From positions 9,077 through 73,076 of the forward strand of contig JAYPJE010000013.1 of NCBI GenBank assembly GCA_038128265.1: a DNA stretch of 64,000 bases, in the 5' to 3' direction. Numbering within the stretch: the first letter of the stretch is position 1; the number at the start of each line of letters is the position of its first letter. A program made the position numbers and the translations under genes. Shown piece after piece: positions 1 through 10,000 of the stretch. The notes beneath the pieces are model-generated. The model saw only the letters and a program-made list of their open reading frames with translations, ran no database searches and was not told where the DNA came from. The DNA is from Gemmatimonadota bacterium. Lineage in GTDB: Bacteria > Latescibacterota > UBA2968 > UBA8231.

Positions 1-930
1 CAACGCAGGACCTTTATTCGCCTCTCTACGGGTGCTAGTGTGGGACTGGGATTGGGAATGGCACAGGCCGATTCATCGCGCGGACTGCCCACGCGCCCGC
101 TGGGCCAGACCGGCGAGCGCGTATCGCTGCTGTGCTTGGGCGGCTATCACATTGGCCAAGCGCACTTGAGCGAGGGCGAGTCGCTGCGTCTGATGCACGC
201 GGCCATCGACGGCGGGATCAACTTTTTTGACAATGCTTGGGAATACAATAACGGTCGCAGCGAAGAGCTTATGGGCAAGGCCCTGCAGGGGGCGCGTCGC
301 CAGCGCGTGCTGCTAATGACCAAGCACCTCGGACGCGAACCAGCCACCGCGCTGCGACAATTGGAAGACAGTCTGCGCCGCCTGCGCACCGATTGCATCG
401 ACCTGTGGCAGTTTCATTCGATTCGCACGCCGGCCGATGTCAACTTGATTTACGAAAGCGGTGCGCTGGAGATTGCACGACAGGCGCGCGCGCAGGGCAA
501 GGTGCGCTTTATCGGCTTTACGGGACACTATAGGCCCGATCGCCACCTGGAAATGCTAGCCGGAGACTTTGACTGGGATACCGTGCAAATGCCGCTCAGC
601 CCGTTTGACTACCACTACGAGAGTTTTGCCCAGCGCGTGCTGCCCGTGCTAACCGAGCGCTCGATTGGTTCGATTGCTATGAAGACGATGGGTGGAGGAG
701 ACGGTGTATTTCTACGCTCGGGGGCAATACAGGCGGCCGAACTGCTGCGGTATGCCATGTCCCTACCGGTCTCCAGCGTGTGCGTTGGCATGGACCAGAT
801 GGAGACGCTGCGGGCCAATATGGAGCTGGCGCGCAACTTTATACCGTTCGATGAGAGCGAAATGGCGGCGCTGCGTCAGCGCTGCCTTCCCTTGGCAGAC
901 GGGGGCAAGATCGAAAATTATAAGGGCTGA
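1..930 (+). CDS. Aldo/keto reductase with twin-arginine (Tat) signal; 5' end runs off the window
   Basis: Frame is open from base 1: QRRTFIRLSTGASVGLGLGMAQA, then AKR motifs LGQTGERVSLLCLGG, FFDNAWEY (Asp/Tyr), LMTK, LWQFH, GKVRFIGFTGH. Confidence 0.88.
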   Translation, partial: QRRTFIRLSTGASVGLGLGMAQADSSRGLPTRPLGQTGERVSLLCLGGYHIGQAHLSEGESLRLMHAAIDGGINFFDNAWEYNNGRSEELMGKALQGARRQRVLLMTKHLGREPATALRQLEDSLRRLRTDCIDLWQFHSIRTPADVNLIYESGALEIARQARAQGKVRFIGFTGHYRPDRHLEMLAGDFDWDTVQMPLSPFDYHYESFAQRVLPVLTERSIGSIAMKTMGGGDGVFLRSGAIQAAELLRYAMSLPVSSVCVGMDQMETLRANMELARNFIPFDESEMAALRQRCLPLADGGKIENYKG

Positions 931-1183
931 TCGGCCTATCAGAATAGGGCGCTCTGCGACGCCAATCCACCCATCTCAAATAGGTTAATGGTCGCGGCTT
1001 TATTCCGGAGGCTGATGGTTAGCGTGGGTTTTCTTTTCCGAAAAACGCCCACAGCGCGGAGACTGCGAATACGTATTCAATCCATACGGATACAAATGCG
1101 TTTGAAGCATAGATGCTTTGGTCGAACTCATAAACTCAGTAAGTTGCTCTCTTGTTGTGTGCACATGCTGATTGATATCTGTG

Positions 1184-1783
1184 TTACAGGTCGGCAATCA
1201 TATGGTAGTTGGGCGCTTTGGTCGTAAACTCGGCAACCGTGCGAAACCCGAATCGCTCATAAAAGCGGATGGCCTGTTTGTTGTGCTGCCTTACGCCCCC
1301 TAACAAGACCATGCGTTGGTATCCGAGGGCGCGGAAGAGCTCGACTAAGTGGCTCAGCATGATACTGCCCAGCCCCGTCCCCTGGTAATCATCTGCGGCG
1401 GAAGGGGCGATCTGACAATCGGTTTTGTCGCTCAGTGGTATACCCCATTCCTCGTAGCGCTTAGCGTCGCCGTCGTATATGTAGAAAAGTGTGATGAAAT
1501 AGGCGACGACGCGCTCTGTTTTTCCTTCTTTTGCAACGGCCAGTAGCCGCATTTCTCGCGTGCTGTCAATCTGAGCGCAAAGCGCGTCTGCAGTCGCTTG
1601 ATCAAACGGATGCGGTGCAAAAAGACTGCGCGTCTCTTGCGATAGAGAGAGGAAATAGCTGCCCAAGATCGACGCATCGTCTGGGCGCAGCGGACGGAGG
1701 AGCACCTCTTGTCCGTTTGAAAGGACAGTCTGTTTGGAGACTTTTTCGGGGTGGGCGTCGAAATCGGCTAAAGAAATGTTCAT
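1184..1783 (-). CDS. GNAT-family N-acetyltransferase
   Basis: N-terminal LRPLRPDD, acetyl-CoA motif A (YQGTGLGS), and NKQAIRFYERFGF. Confidence 0.9.
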   Translation of the reverse strand: MNISLADFDAHPEKVSKQTVLSNGQEVLLRPLRPDDASILGSYFLSLSQETRSLFAPHPFDQATADALCAQIDSTREMRLLAVAKEGKTERVVAYFITLFYIYDGDAKRYEEWGIPLSDKTDCQIAPSAADDYQGTGLGSIMLSHLVELFRALGYQRMVLLGGVRQHNKQAIRFYERFGFRTVAEFTTKAPNYHMIADL

Positions 1784-1972
1784 TCTCTGTATTCTACGTT
1801 TTTCGCTGTACTAGCGTGCAGTCTGAAGATACTGTTTGCCAGCCCACAATGGAAGGGCGCTCCTGCACGTGAACGGAGAGAAAGCCGGTCGGGTCTTGGT
1901 TTTAGCAAGCGCGTGCGTTTCGTACACTTGAGACGAGCAAAAAATTAAATGCTCTGTTAAAAGGAACACTCC

Positions 1973-3394
1973 ATGAATCTCATTGTCATTATGCTCGACA
2001 GTCTGCGCACCGATTACGTCGGTGCCTACGTAAATGGAAAAGCCAACGCCAAGACGCCCAATATGGATCGCTTTGCCTCTGAGGCGATTGTCTTTGACAA
2101 AGCGTACGCCGGCTCGTTTCCGACGCTGCCCTGTCGCCGAGATCTTTTTACCGGGCGCTGGGGACATCCGTTTAACACGTGGAATCGCATGGAGCGCGAC
2201 GTGCCGACGCTGGCCGGGCGCCTGCGCGCCGACGGATACACTACCGGCCTGGTGTTCGATACGCCGATGTTTATGACTGAGGGCAACAACCTCGATCGCG
2301 GTTTTGGCTCGATCGAGTGGATTCGTGGCCAGGGCGGCGAGCCGTGGGTCAGCGACGGCTTTATCGACGTGCCGTGGCCGGGCGGGCCCGACAAGGTCAA
2401 GCCCGGCGTGCAGCGCTACCTGGCCAATATGTCGCGGCGCCTGTTTGAAACGGACTATCTCGGGCCGCAGGTCATGCAGAAGGCGGTGCACTGGCTCGAG
2501 CGCAACTATGCAAGAGAACACTTTTTTCTGTGGATCGACTCGTGGGATCCGCACGAGCCGTGGGATCCGCCGCAGCACTACGTCGACCTCTATGACCCCG
2601 GCTACGAGGGTGACGAATTGATCTATCCGTGCTACGGCTTTATCGACGAAATTATGAGCGAGCGCGAGGCCGAGCACGTGCGCGCGCTCTACGCGGCCGA
2701 GACGACGATGGTCGACCGCTGGCTGGGCTATCTGCTCGACAGCATTGAATTATTTGGTCTGCGCGAGAACACGATGGTGGTGCTGATGTCCGACCACGGG
2801 CACTACTTTGGCGACCACGGGCTGCAGGGCAAACCGTGGGGCGATCTGGGCCAGCTCTACGAGCCGATGACGCATTTGTGCTTTATGGTGCAGCATCCAG
2901 AGGCCGCGCCTGGTCGCAGCGATGCGCTGGTGCAGCCGGTCGACCTATTTCCCACCGTATGCGAGTTGAGCGGCCTATCGGCACCGGCCGGACTGCAGGG
3001 CCAGTCGTTTGCGGCCGCGCTACTGGGCCGTGAAGGCGATCGGCGCTCCTATGCCATCACGGGGCGCAATCTGGACGACCATTGGGGCACGGTGCCGGCT
3101 ACGGTGACAGACGGCACGTGGACGCTGATCTACTGGCCCAACAAAGACTTGGCCTATCGTGGCAAACCTGTGCGCACCGAGCGCCATCGCACGATTGGCT
3201 ATCCGGAGCGCCGCGTCGATGAGCTGTTCTATATGCCGGATGACCCCGCGCAGCAGCACAACGTGCTGGAGTCGCATCCGGATGAAGCGCAGCGTTTACA
3301 CCAGGCGCTGTTGGCGCTGATGGCCGGAGCCGATGTCGATGTGGAAATTGCCCGGACATACCGCCGTCTGCCGGGGGAAAACTACCATCTGTAG
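1973..3394 (+). CDS. Sulfatase-like hydrolase (alkaline phosphatase superfamily) with non-canonical T-x-P-x-R active-site motif
   Basis: NLIVIMLDSLRTD, TPNMDRFA, SFPTLPCRRDLFTGR, DPHEPW, SDHG, VDLFPT, ELFY..DP.Q..N. AGGA RBS upstream. No signal peptide. Confidence 0.9.
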   Translation: MNLIVIMLDSLRTDYVGAYVNGKANAKTPNMDRFASEAIVFDKAYAGSFPTLPCRRDLFTGRWGHPFNTWNRMERDVPTLAGRLRADGYTTGLVFDTPMFMTEGNNLDRGFGSIEWIRGQGGEPWVSDGFIDVPWPGGPDKVKPGVQRYLANMSRRLFETDYLGPQVMQKAVHWLERNYAREHFFLWIDSWDPHEPWDPPQHYVDLYDPGYEGDELIYPCYGFIDEIMSEREAEHVRALYAAETTMVDRWLGYLLDSIELFGLRENTMVVLMSDHGHYFGDHGLQGKPWGDLGQLYEPMTHLCFMVQHPEAAPGRSDALVQPVDLFPTVCELSGLSAPAGLQGQSFAAALLGREGDRRSYAITGRNLDDHWGTVPATVTDGTWTLIYWPNKDLAYRGKPVRTERHRTIGYPERRVDELFYMPDDPAQQHNVLESHPDEAQRLHQALLALMAGADVDVEIARTYRRLPGENYHL

Positions 3395-3463
3395 ATCTGC
3401 TTGATAGGTCGTTATAGCAGCGGTATATTGACTGCTGTCCCACCTTGCACAAGGGAGCATACA

Positions 3464-5950
3464 ATGGCGGACTTTACACCGGTTGACTTGAGTGCACACT
3501 ACAATACGGGCGGAGAAAATGGGCCGTCCGAAGAGCGCGAATGGCTGTGGCCAGCCCCCGCTGATAGGGCGGACGATACACCGCTTAAAGGCATGCTGAA
3601 GGGCGCGCGTTCGTTTTGGGGCATTCCCTTTGCGCTAGCGCCCGAGGAGAGTGCGCACGTAGCTATACAGGTAGCCGATGGAGCCAAAGGGGTGCCAGCG
3701 TCCGTAGCCGTAGCCGTGGGTGCCACGGCGCGTCGGCTGCTCTTTGCCCACGCCTGTGCGCCCGTCAAGGGAGCACAGGCCACCGTGGAGGGCACGGGGG
3801 AGCGCATCGGCACGTACCGAGTGGTCTACGCCGACGGCAGCCATCTCGAGCAGCCGCTGCGCCGTCGCTTTGAAATACACGACATCAACGTGCCCTGGGG
3901 ACACCACCCCTTTCTATGCCGCAACTGCCGCGAGTTTCGCTCGGTGCCGCTGTCTGATCGCAGCATGTCCTATGGGATGGTGCAGGTCGGGACCTATACG
4001 CCGGACGGACACGATTTGCAGGGCTGGTGGCTCTACGATTGGAAAAACCCCCATCCTGAAAAGGCCATCCAAACGGTCGAATTGGTTGCCACCGGCTCTA
4101 CCCCATTGGCCTTGGCCGGCATCACGCTCTGTGCAGAAGACGGCGATCCCTTTCTATGGGAGGCACGCCGTGAAATTGCCGTAGAAGTCGACGGTGGTGA
4201 GGCCCCTCAGGTGGAGATGGAGCGCGGCGTCGTCGTGCATCAGGACGACCTCTTTGCGCCGGACGATGATTTTCTGAGCAGTCCACAAAGGGGCTGGGGG
4301 CGCGGCGGTCAGCAGGTTAAAAAGGGTGGCTATGTTGAAATCCACGGCGCGCGCGAAGGGCAGCTGAAGATCAAGGCTGGCGACGAGGGCGAAGAGATCG
4401 TGCGCTGGGGCGACGTCCTCGAGCAAAAAGAGATTGAACAGGGCCGCGTGCGCATCGAGATGGTCTCGCCCGAGGGCAAGCAGTGGCTGCACGTGCGCGT
4501 AGAAGATGAAGATACCGGCGAAGCGGTCGGTTCACGCGTGCACTTCCGCACGCAAAGCGGCGCCTATGTCGCTCCGCACGGCCATCAGACAGACGTCAAT
4601 ATCGCCTGGTTTGAAGACATGGGCGGTGACTGCAAAGTCAACGGCGTGCCCTACGCCTATATCGACGGGACGTGCCAGGTCGACATGCCCGTTGGTTCGG
4701 TGTACGTCGAAGTCGTTCGCGGTTTTGAATACGAGCCCGTGCGCAAGCTGGTTGAGATCAAGCCGGGGCAGCGCGACCTGACGCTGAAGATCAAGCGCGC
4801 TTTCGATATGAAAGAGCGCGGCTGGTACTCGGGCGATACGCACGTGCACTTCCTGTCGTCGCAGTCGGCCCACCTCGAGGCGGCCGCCGAAGATCTCAAC
4901 GTTACCCATCTGCTGGCAAGCCAGTGGGGTCGGCTCTTTACCTCGTGGGAGGAGTTCACCGGTGGGCTCGCACCCACCTCGAGCGAGGATTACAAGATTT
5001 GGGTGAGCCAAGAAAACCGCCAGCACGTCCTCGGCCATATCAGCTTGCTCGGTCTCAAGGATATGGTGGCCCCCATCTGCACGGGCGGGGCCAACGAGGA
5101 CTGGATTGGCGGCGAAGTGGGGGCGCTGATGGCCGACTGGGCCGAGGCCTGCAAAAAGCAGGGCGGTCTGGTGATTATGCCGCATATGCCGCTGCCCGAC
5201 TTTGAGAACGCCGCGAATATCGTCATGGGACACGCCGATGCCGGTGAGATGTGCTGGCTGTGGGAAGGCGAGAAAATCAGCTCGGCCGAGCGCGGTTACT
5301 ACCGCTGGCTCAACGTTGGGCAGAAATTGCCCATCGTCGGCGGCACCGACAAGATGTCCAACGGGCGCATTCTCGGTGGGTCGCGCACCTACGCACGGCT
5401 GCGCGCCGGCGAGGAGTTTACCTTTGATGCCTGGTGCCAGGCCGTTAAGCGCGGTTCGACCTTTGCCAGCACCGGCGCGGTGATCGATCTGCAGGTCGAG
5501 GGCCAGCCGATGGGCAGCGAAATTCGCCTTAAAGGCAACGGCGGCACGGTGGAAGTCGAGGTCGTAGCCGAGAGCGTCTTTCCACTGACGGGTGTGGAGA
5601 TCGTCGTTAACGGCGAGCAGGTCGCGCGCGAGGAGAGTGAGCACGGGGCTACCAAGCTGCGGCTCAAGCACAAGGTGAAGACCGAACTGTCGTGCTGGGT
5701 GGTGGCGCGCTGCTGGGGTCCGCACCACACGGATGCCGGTCCGGTTATGGCACACTCTTCGCCCGTCTACATAGACGTGGGCCGGCGCTGTGCTTTTGTC
5801 GAGGTCGAGGGCAATTACCTAATGACCCATATGGAGGGCGGCATCGCCTGGGCGGAGACGATTGGCGTATTTCGCGACGAAGGGGTGCGCCAGCGCTTGA
5901 TTGGTCTCTTTAGCGAGGCCAAGCGCGAGCTGGTCCGCAGAATGAGCTAG
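3464..5950 (+). CDS. CehA/McbA-type PHP-fold metallohydrolase with N-terminal beta-sandwich domain
   Basis: GWYSGDTHVH, ENRQHVLGHI, MPH, VGGTD, RTYA, GSTFAST and AHSSPVYI motifs. Start moved to ATG 3464, which follows GGGAG. Confidence 0.8.
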   Translation: MADFTPVDLSAHYNTGGENGPSEEREWLWPAPADRADDTPLKGMLKGARSFWGIPFALAPEESAHVAIQVADGAKGVPASVAVAVGATARRLLFAHACAPVKGAQATVEGTGERIGTYRVVYADGSHLEQPLRRRFEIHDINVPWGHHPFLCRNCREFRSVPLSDRSMSYGMVQVGTYTPDGHDLQGWWLYDWKNPHPEKAIQTVELVATGSTPLALAGITLCAEDGDPFLWEARREIAVEVDGGEAPQVEMERGVVVHQDDLFAPDDDFLSSPQRGWGRGGQQVKKGGYVEIHGAREGQLKIKAGDEGEEIVRWGDVLEQKEIEQGRVRIEMVSPEGKQWLHVRVEDEDTGEAVGSRVHFRTQSGAYVAPHGHQTDVNIAWFEDMGGDCKVNGVPYAYIDGTCQVDMPVGSVYVEVVRGFEYEPVRKLVEIKPGQRDLTLKIKRAFDMKERGWYSGDTHVHFLSSQSAHLEAAAEDLNVTHLLASQWGRLFTSWEEFTGGLAPTSSEDYKIWVSQENRQHVLGHISLLGLKDMVAPICTGGANEDWIGGEVGALMADWAEACKKQGGLVIMPHMPLPDFENAANIVMGHADAGEMCWLWEGEKISSAERGYYRWLNVGQKLPIVGGTDKMSNGRILGGSRTYARLRAGEEFTFDAWCQAVKRGSTFASTGAVIDLQVEGQPMGSEIRLKGNGGTVEVEVVAESVFPLTGVEIVVNGEQVAREESEHGATKLRLKHKVKTELSCWVVARCWGPHHTDAGPVMAHSSPVYIDVGRRCAFVEVEGNYLMTHMEGGIAWAETIGVFRDEGVRQRLIGLFSEAKRELVRRMS

Positions 5951-5952
5951 TG

Positions 5953-5961
5953 TGATAAGAT
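5953..5961 (+). promoter_or_regulatory. Possible extended -10 promoter (TGaTAAGAT) for the PhyH gene
   Basis: TGnTAAGAT in the short gap after the upstream stop codon, about 30 nt before ATG 5990. Confidence 0.3.
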
Positions 5962-5989
5962 CGGACAGACAACCCTATTGGAGAGTGCC

Positions 5990-6859
5990 ATGTTAACGCA
6001 AGTGCAAGTGGACGAATTCGAACGCAATGGTTTTTTAAACGGCGGGAAGATTATTAGCGATGCCGAACTGACGGGGCTGACGGCCGCGCTGGACAGCGTG
6101 TTGGACAAGGGGCCGGATGGGTTTGTCGAAGGGGAGCGCCAGCCGGTTTCGTTTCGAAGCCTGAGCGGCAACCTCGAACAGCCCGTTTGGCAGATCGTCA
6201 ACATATGGGAAGCGACCGATGCCTTTGAGCGGTTGATCTACCATCCGGAGGTCGTCAGCGGAATTAGCCAGTTGACGGGTCATAAAGATCTGATGGTGTG
6301 GCACGACCAGATCCAGTATAAGCCAGCCCAGTACGGCGGTGCGACGACTTGGCATCAGGATGCGCCGCTGTGGCCGATCATCAAACCCATGACGCCGGTT
6401 TCGGCGTGGATTCCCCTCGACGATGCCGACGAGGAAAATGGCTGTATGTGGATGGTGCCCGGCAGCCATAAGTGGGGCAATCAGATCGATTTTTTGCGCA
6501 CCCAGGGCGAGCTAAAGCAGCGTGAGGATTTTAAAAACCTGGCCGTCTTTTCCCCGCCAGACGATGCCGAGATCACTCAGGTTGAAGCCGTACCGTGGCC
6601 AGTCAAGCGCGGGGAGGTGTCCTTTCACCACTCGCTGACCTGGCACGGCTCGCCGTTTAACCGCTCCGGTCGCCCGCGCCGCGCCATTGCCATTCACTAT
6701 ATGACGGGTGCTGCGCGCTACGATGCGGGAGGCGATCATCTAATGAAGCAGTTTGTCGACCTGCCAGACGGGGCGCCAATGGCCGAGGCCGGGGCGCACT
6801 TTCCCAGCGTATGTCGCGACGGCGTGCCGGTGGGTGTGCCGGCTCACTTATCGGCGTAG
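5990..6859 (+). CDS. Phytanoyl-CoA dioxygenase (PhyH) family Fe(II)/2-oxoglutarate dioxygenase
   Basis: QVDEFERNGFL, WHQD (HxD), SAWIPLDDADEENGCMWMVPGSH, HGS..NRS.RPRRA. ATG 5990 follows GGAGAG. Confidence 0.92.
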   Translation: MLTQVQVDEFERNGFLNGGKIISDAELTGLTAALDSVLDKGPDGFVEGERQPVSFRSLSGNLEQPVWQIVNIWEATDAFERLIYHPEVVSGISQLTGHKDLMVWHDQIQYKPAQYGGATTWHQDAPLWPIIKPMTPVSAWIPLDDADEENGCMWMVPGSHKWGNQIDFLRTQGELKQREDFKNLAVFSPPDDAEITQVEAVPWPVKRGEVSFHHSLTWHGSPFNRSGRPRRAIAIHYMTGAARYDAGGDHLMKQFVDLPDGAPMAEAGAHFPSVCRDGVPVGVPAHLSA

Positions 6860-6882
6860 ATGCGCTCCCTAGAATAGGTGGT

Positions 6883-6918
6883 AGATGCCCTGTGCCGAGA
6901 GCGCAGGGCATCTTTGTT
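6883..6918 (+). terminator. Probable intrinsic terminator after the PhyH gene
   Basis: AGATGCCCTGTGC-cgaga-GCGCAGGGCATCT (13 bp stem including one G-U pair) followed by TTGTT. Confidence 0.65.
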
Positions 6919-7069
6919 CGTGTGGATGAGCAGTCGTATCAGCAGAGCGTTCCGCGCCACAGGCTTTTTCAAAGAAAACAATCCTTCTGTTGGCATCAGT
7001 TGCATACCGTTGCATTAACTGAAACCAAACCGCTATCCGGGCGCGGACAGCGGATGGGCAAATACTCTG

Positions 7070-10000
7070 ATGAATAGCATGCGCACCGTATTGCTGCTGC
7101 TCCTGTCGTTTGTCGTCTGGTGTGGCGCAGAAGAGCAGGGCATACGCGGGACCATTGAGCGGTTGGCCGCTGTCGAATCGCGCGTAGTTGGCTATCCGGG
7201 CTATGTAGAGACGGCTGATTACGTCGAATCGCGCCTGCGTGCTAGCGGTGCTGTCGAGGTGCGTCGAGACTCGTTTCCCGTCGTTGTTCCCGTGGACTTA
7301 GGTGCTTCGGTGGCCGTGCTGGGCGAGGCCCCCGTGCGTCTATGGGGGCTGTGGCCCAACGGTGCGCGCACGCCCACGGTACCCAGTGCTGGTTTGCGCG
7401 CGCCGATGTTCTATGCAGGGCAGGGGGAGTGGCGCGACTTTAACGGCCGCCAGGTCGACGGGCGCGTCGTCCTAATGGAATTTACGAGTGCGGCTAATTG
7501 GCTCAACGCCGCGCTGCTCGGCGCGCGCGCTGTAATCTTTATTGCGCCGGTCTCCACTTCGCTGCGCGAAATGGAAGACAAGGTGGCCGACGTGCCGCTG
7601 GACGTGCCGCGTTTTTGGATCGACCAGGGCGACGGCGAGGCGCTGCGGCGCAGGGTCGCCGATGGCGAAGTCACCGTAGAGCTGTTTAGCCGCATGGAGT
7701 GGCAGCGCGAGACGGCGTGGAATATTTGGGCGCGCTTTCCCGGCAGCGACGTCCAGCGCCGCGAAGAAACCCTGCTCGTTTCCTCCTACTACGACGCGAA
7801 TTCGCTCGTTCCAGCGCGTGCTCCGGGCGCCGAAGCGGCCGTGGGCATAGGCGCTCTGCTCGAACTGGCTGACCGCTTGGGGCGCGAAGAGGTGCCGCGC
7901 TCGGTCATTGTGCTGGCCAGTGGGGCCCATTTCCAAGACCGCCAGGGAATCGGTGCGTTTCTTCAGCGCTATATGCGCCGCTACCCGCACTATCGCGCCC
8001 AGCAGAGCGACTCGCTCGATATCGATCTCTTTATTGGCCTGGATCTCTCTTCGCAAAGCGGCGAACTGGGGATTTGGGATAATGCCAGCGATTTTACCTT
8101 CAAGCGCTTCTTTGCTCCTTTTGGTAGGCGTTTTGTGCGCTATGCAGAGGAGGCAGATATATCGGTCGCTGCGGAGCGCGAGGCGTTGGCCAACGGCATC
8201 AGTCCCATTCGCGGAATGGATTGGTCTTCGTACGTGCCCGGTGGTTTGAGCAGCGAGGGGCAGCGCGTTATCGAGGGGGGGCACGTTGCGCTGACGTTGG
8301 CGACGGTCTTTGACGGACGCCAGGGCGTGAATTCTCCGCTCGACTTACCCGAACGCGTGCAGTATCACCATGCGCAGCGCCAGAGCGATCTAATTGGCAC
8401 GATCGTACTGCAGGCTGCTCGAGACGATAGCCTATTGCTCGGAGCCGATGCGCTGCGCGCGCGGCTCGAGGATAAGCTGCGCGATGTGCGCTTTAAGATG
8501 AGGGCGTTCCCGCGCCGTTCACAGGTGCCCGATCGCCCCATTAGCGGTTTGGTGACGCTGGGGGGAGTGCGGCCCGGCGACGTGAAAGGCGTGCGCTCGG
8601 CGCGCTACCTATTGGGAGATGAAAACGGCGTCGCTACGGCTACGGCATTGCCCATCGGCAGCTATCTGATGGCTGCCTACGCTTTTGACGATGAAGGGGC
8701 TATTGCCTATGCGCCGGATCTGAGCGAGCGAGCCCAGAAATTCACGGGTAAGGCGACGGGCAAGGGGTTTATACCGGTTGGCGTGCGCTGGGAGACGCAC
8801 GATCAGACGGTCGTGCTCTTTCCCGCTCTGGGGCGCCCTCTCTATGGCCTAATCGAACCGCGGTCCCTGCGTGCGGTAAACGCGGTGAAGATCCTCGATG
8901 GTCGCGGCGTCGAACCGCGGCAGTACGGCTATGCGATCGGCCAGAGAGCCCAGCAGGTTTTTGGCGTGCTATTTGGCGCGACCAGCATGGAGGAAGAGGA
9001 TCGACTGAAGCTGCTAATTGGCGATGTCGACCAGCGTCAGCTCTTGCTCAATAGCAGCGGGTATCGCGACGAAGACGAGGCGCGTGGACGCGGCTTTTTG
9101 GTGGGTGATGATCCCCTGGGCTTTACGGCACTACAGGCTGCGCGCGATATGTGGAATCTAGACGAGGCGCGCATTCGTTCGATGCGCCGTCACGCCATTG
9201 AAAACGCGCGGATTGACCGGCTGCACGAGCGGGTTGCGGCCCTGATTGATGGCGCAGAAAGTGCGCGGGATCAGCTCGATTGGGAGCGCTACGTGGCGCT
9301 ATCGCGCGAGGCGCTGGGCATTGAAGCGCGGACCTACCCGGAAGTGCTCGGCGTGCTCAACGACGTGATAAAAGGCATGGTGTTTTTTCTCGTGCTCGTC
9401 GTGCCCGCTGCTTTCTTTGGCGAGCGGCTGCTCTTTGCCGCATCGGACATACGCCGCCAGCTCGTGGGCTTCTTCGCGCTGCTGCTGCTTGTTTGGATGG
9501 CCATTTCCAGCGTGCACCCGGCATTTGAAATTGCCCATCCGCTCGTCGTCTTGCTGGCCTTTGCCATTATGGCATTGGCCGCGTTCGTCCTCTTTATGCT
9601 CATCGGTCGCTTTCGGCGCTACGTAGACGAAAACAGACGCCGAATGGCCAAGGTGCACGATCGCGATATAAGCAGGCTGAGCGCGGCGTATAGCGCCTTT
9701 ATGCTAGGCATCTCCAATATGCGGCGCCGGCGCTTGCGCACGGGCCTGACGTTGGCTACGCTGGTGCTTCTCACCTTTACGTTGCTCTCGTTCGCTACGT
9801 TTGACAGCGGTATTCGCTTTGTTGCGCTCAACTTGGATCGACCGGCCCCGTACGAGGGCGTGCTGTTGCGCACGCGCGGTTGGGATGAATTGGGAGAGCC
9901 GTTAGCCGAATACGCTCGCTCGCACTTTGCCCGCGGCAGCACGCTGACGCCCCGTCTGTGGTACACGCCCGACAGCGGACATGATAAGAGCTATATCGTC

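Noticed and set aside
1024..1078. Imperfect hairpin and 12-bp palindrome GAATACGTATTC between the convergent AKR and GNAT genes
   Set aside because: The stem is bulged with no clear U-tract, and a single short palindrome is not enough to assign function.
1811..5755. Long antisense ORFs (1811-2677 and 4532-5755, also 38079-38966, 39790-40647, 49403-50176)
   Set aside because: These are shadow frames of well-supported genes in GC-rich DNA and show no recognisable motifs.
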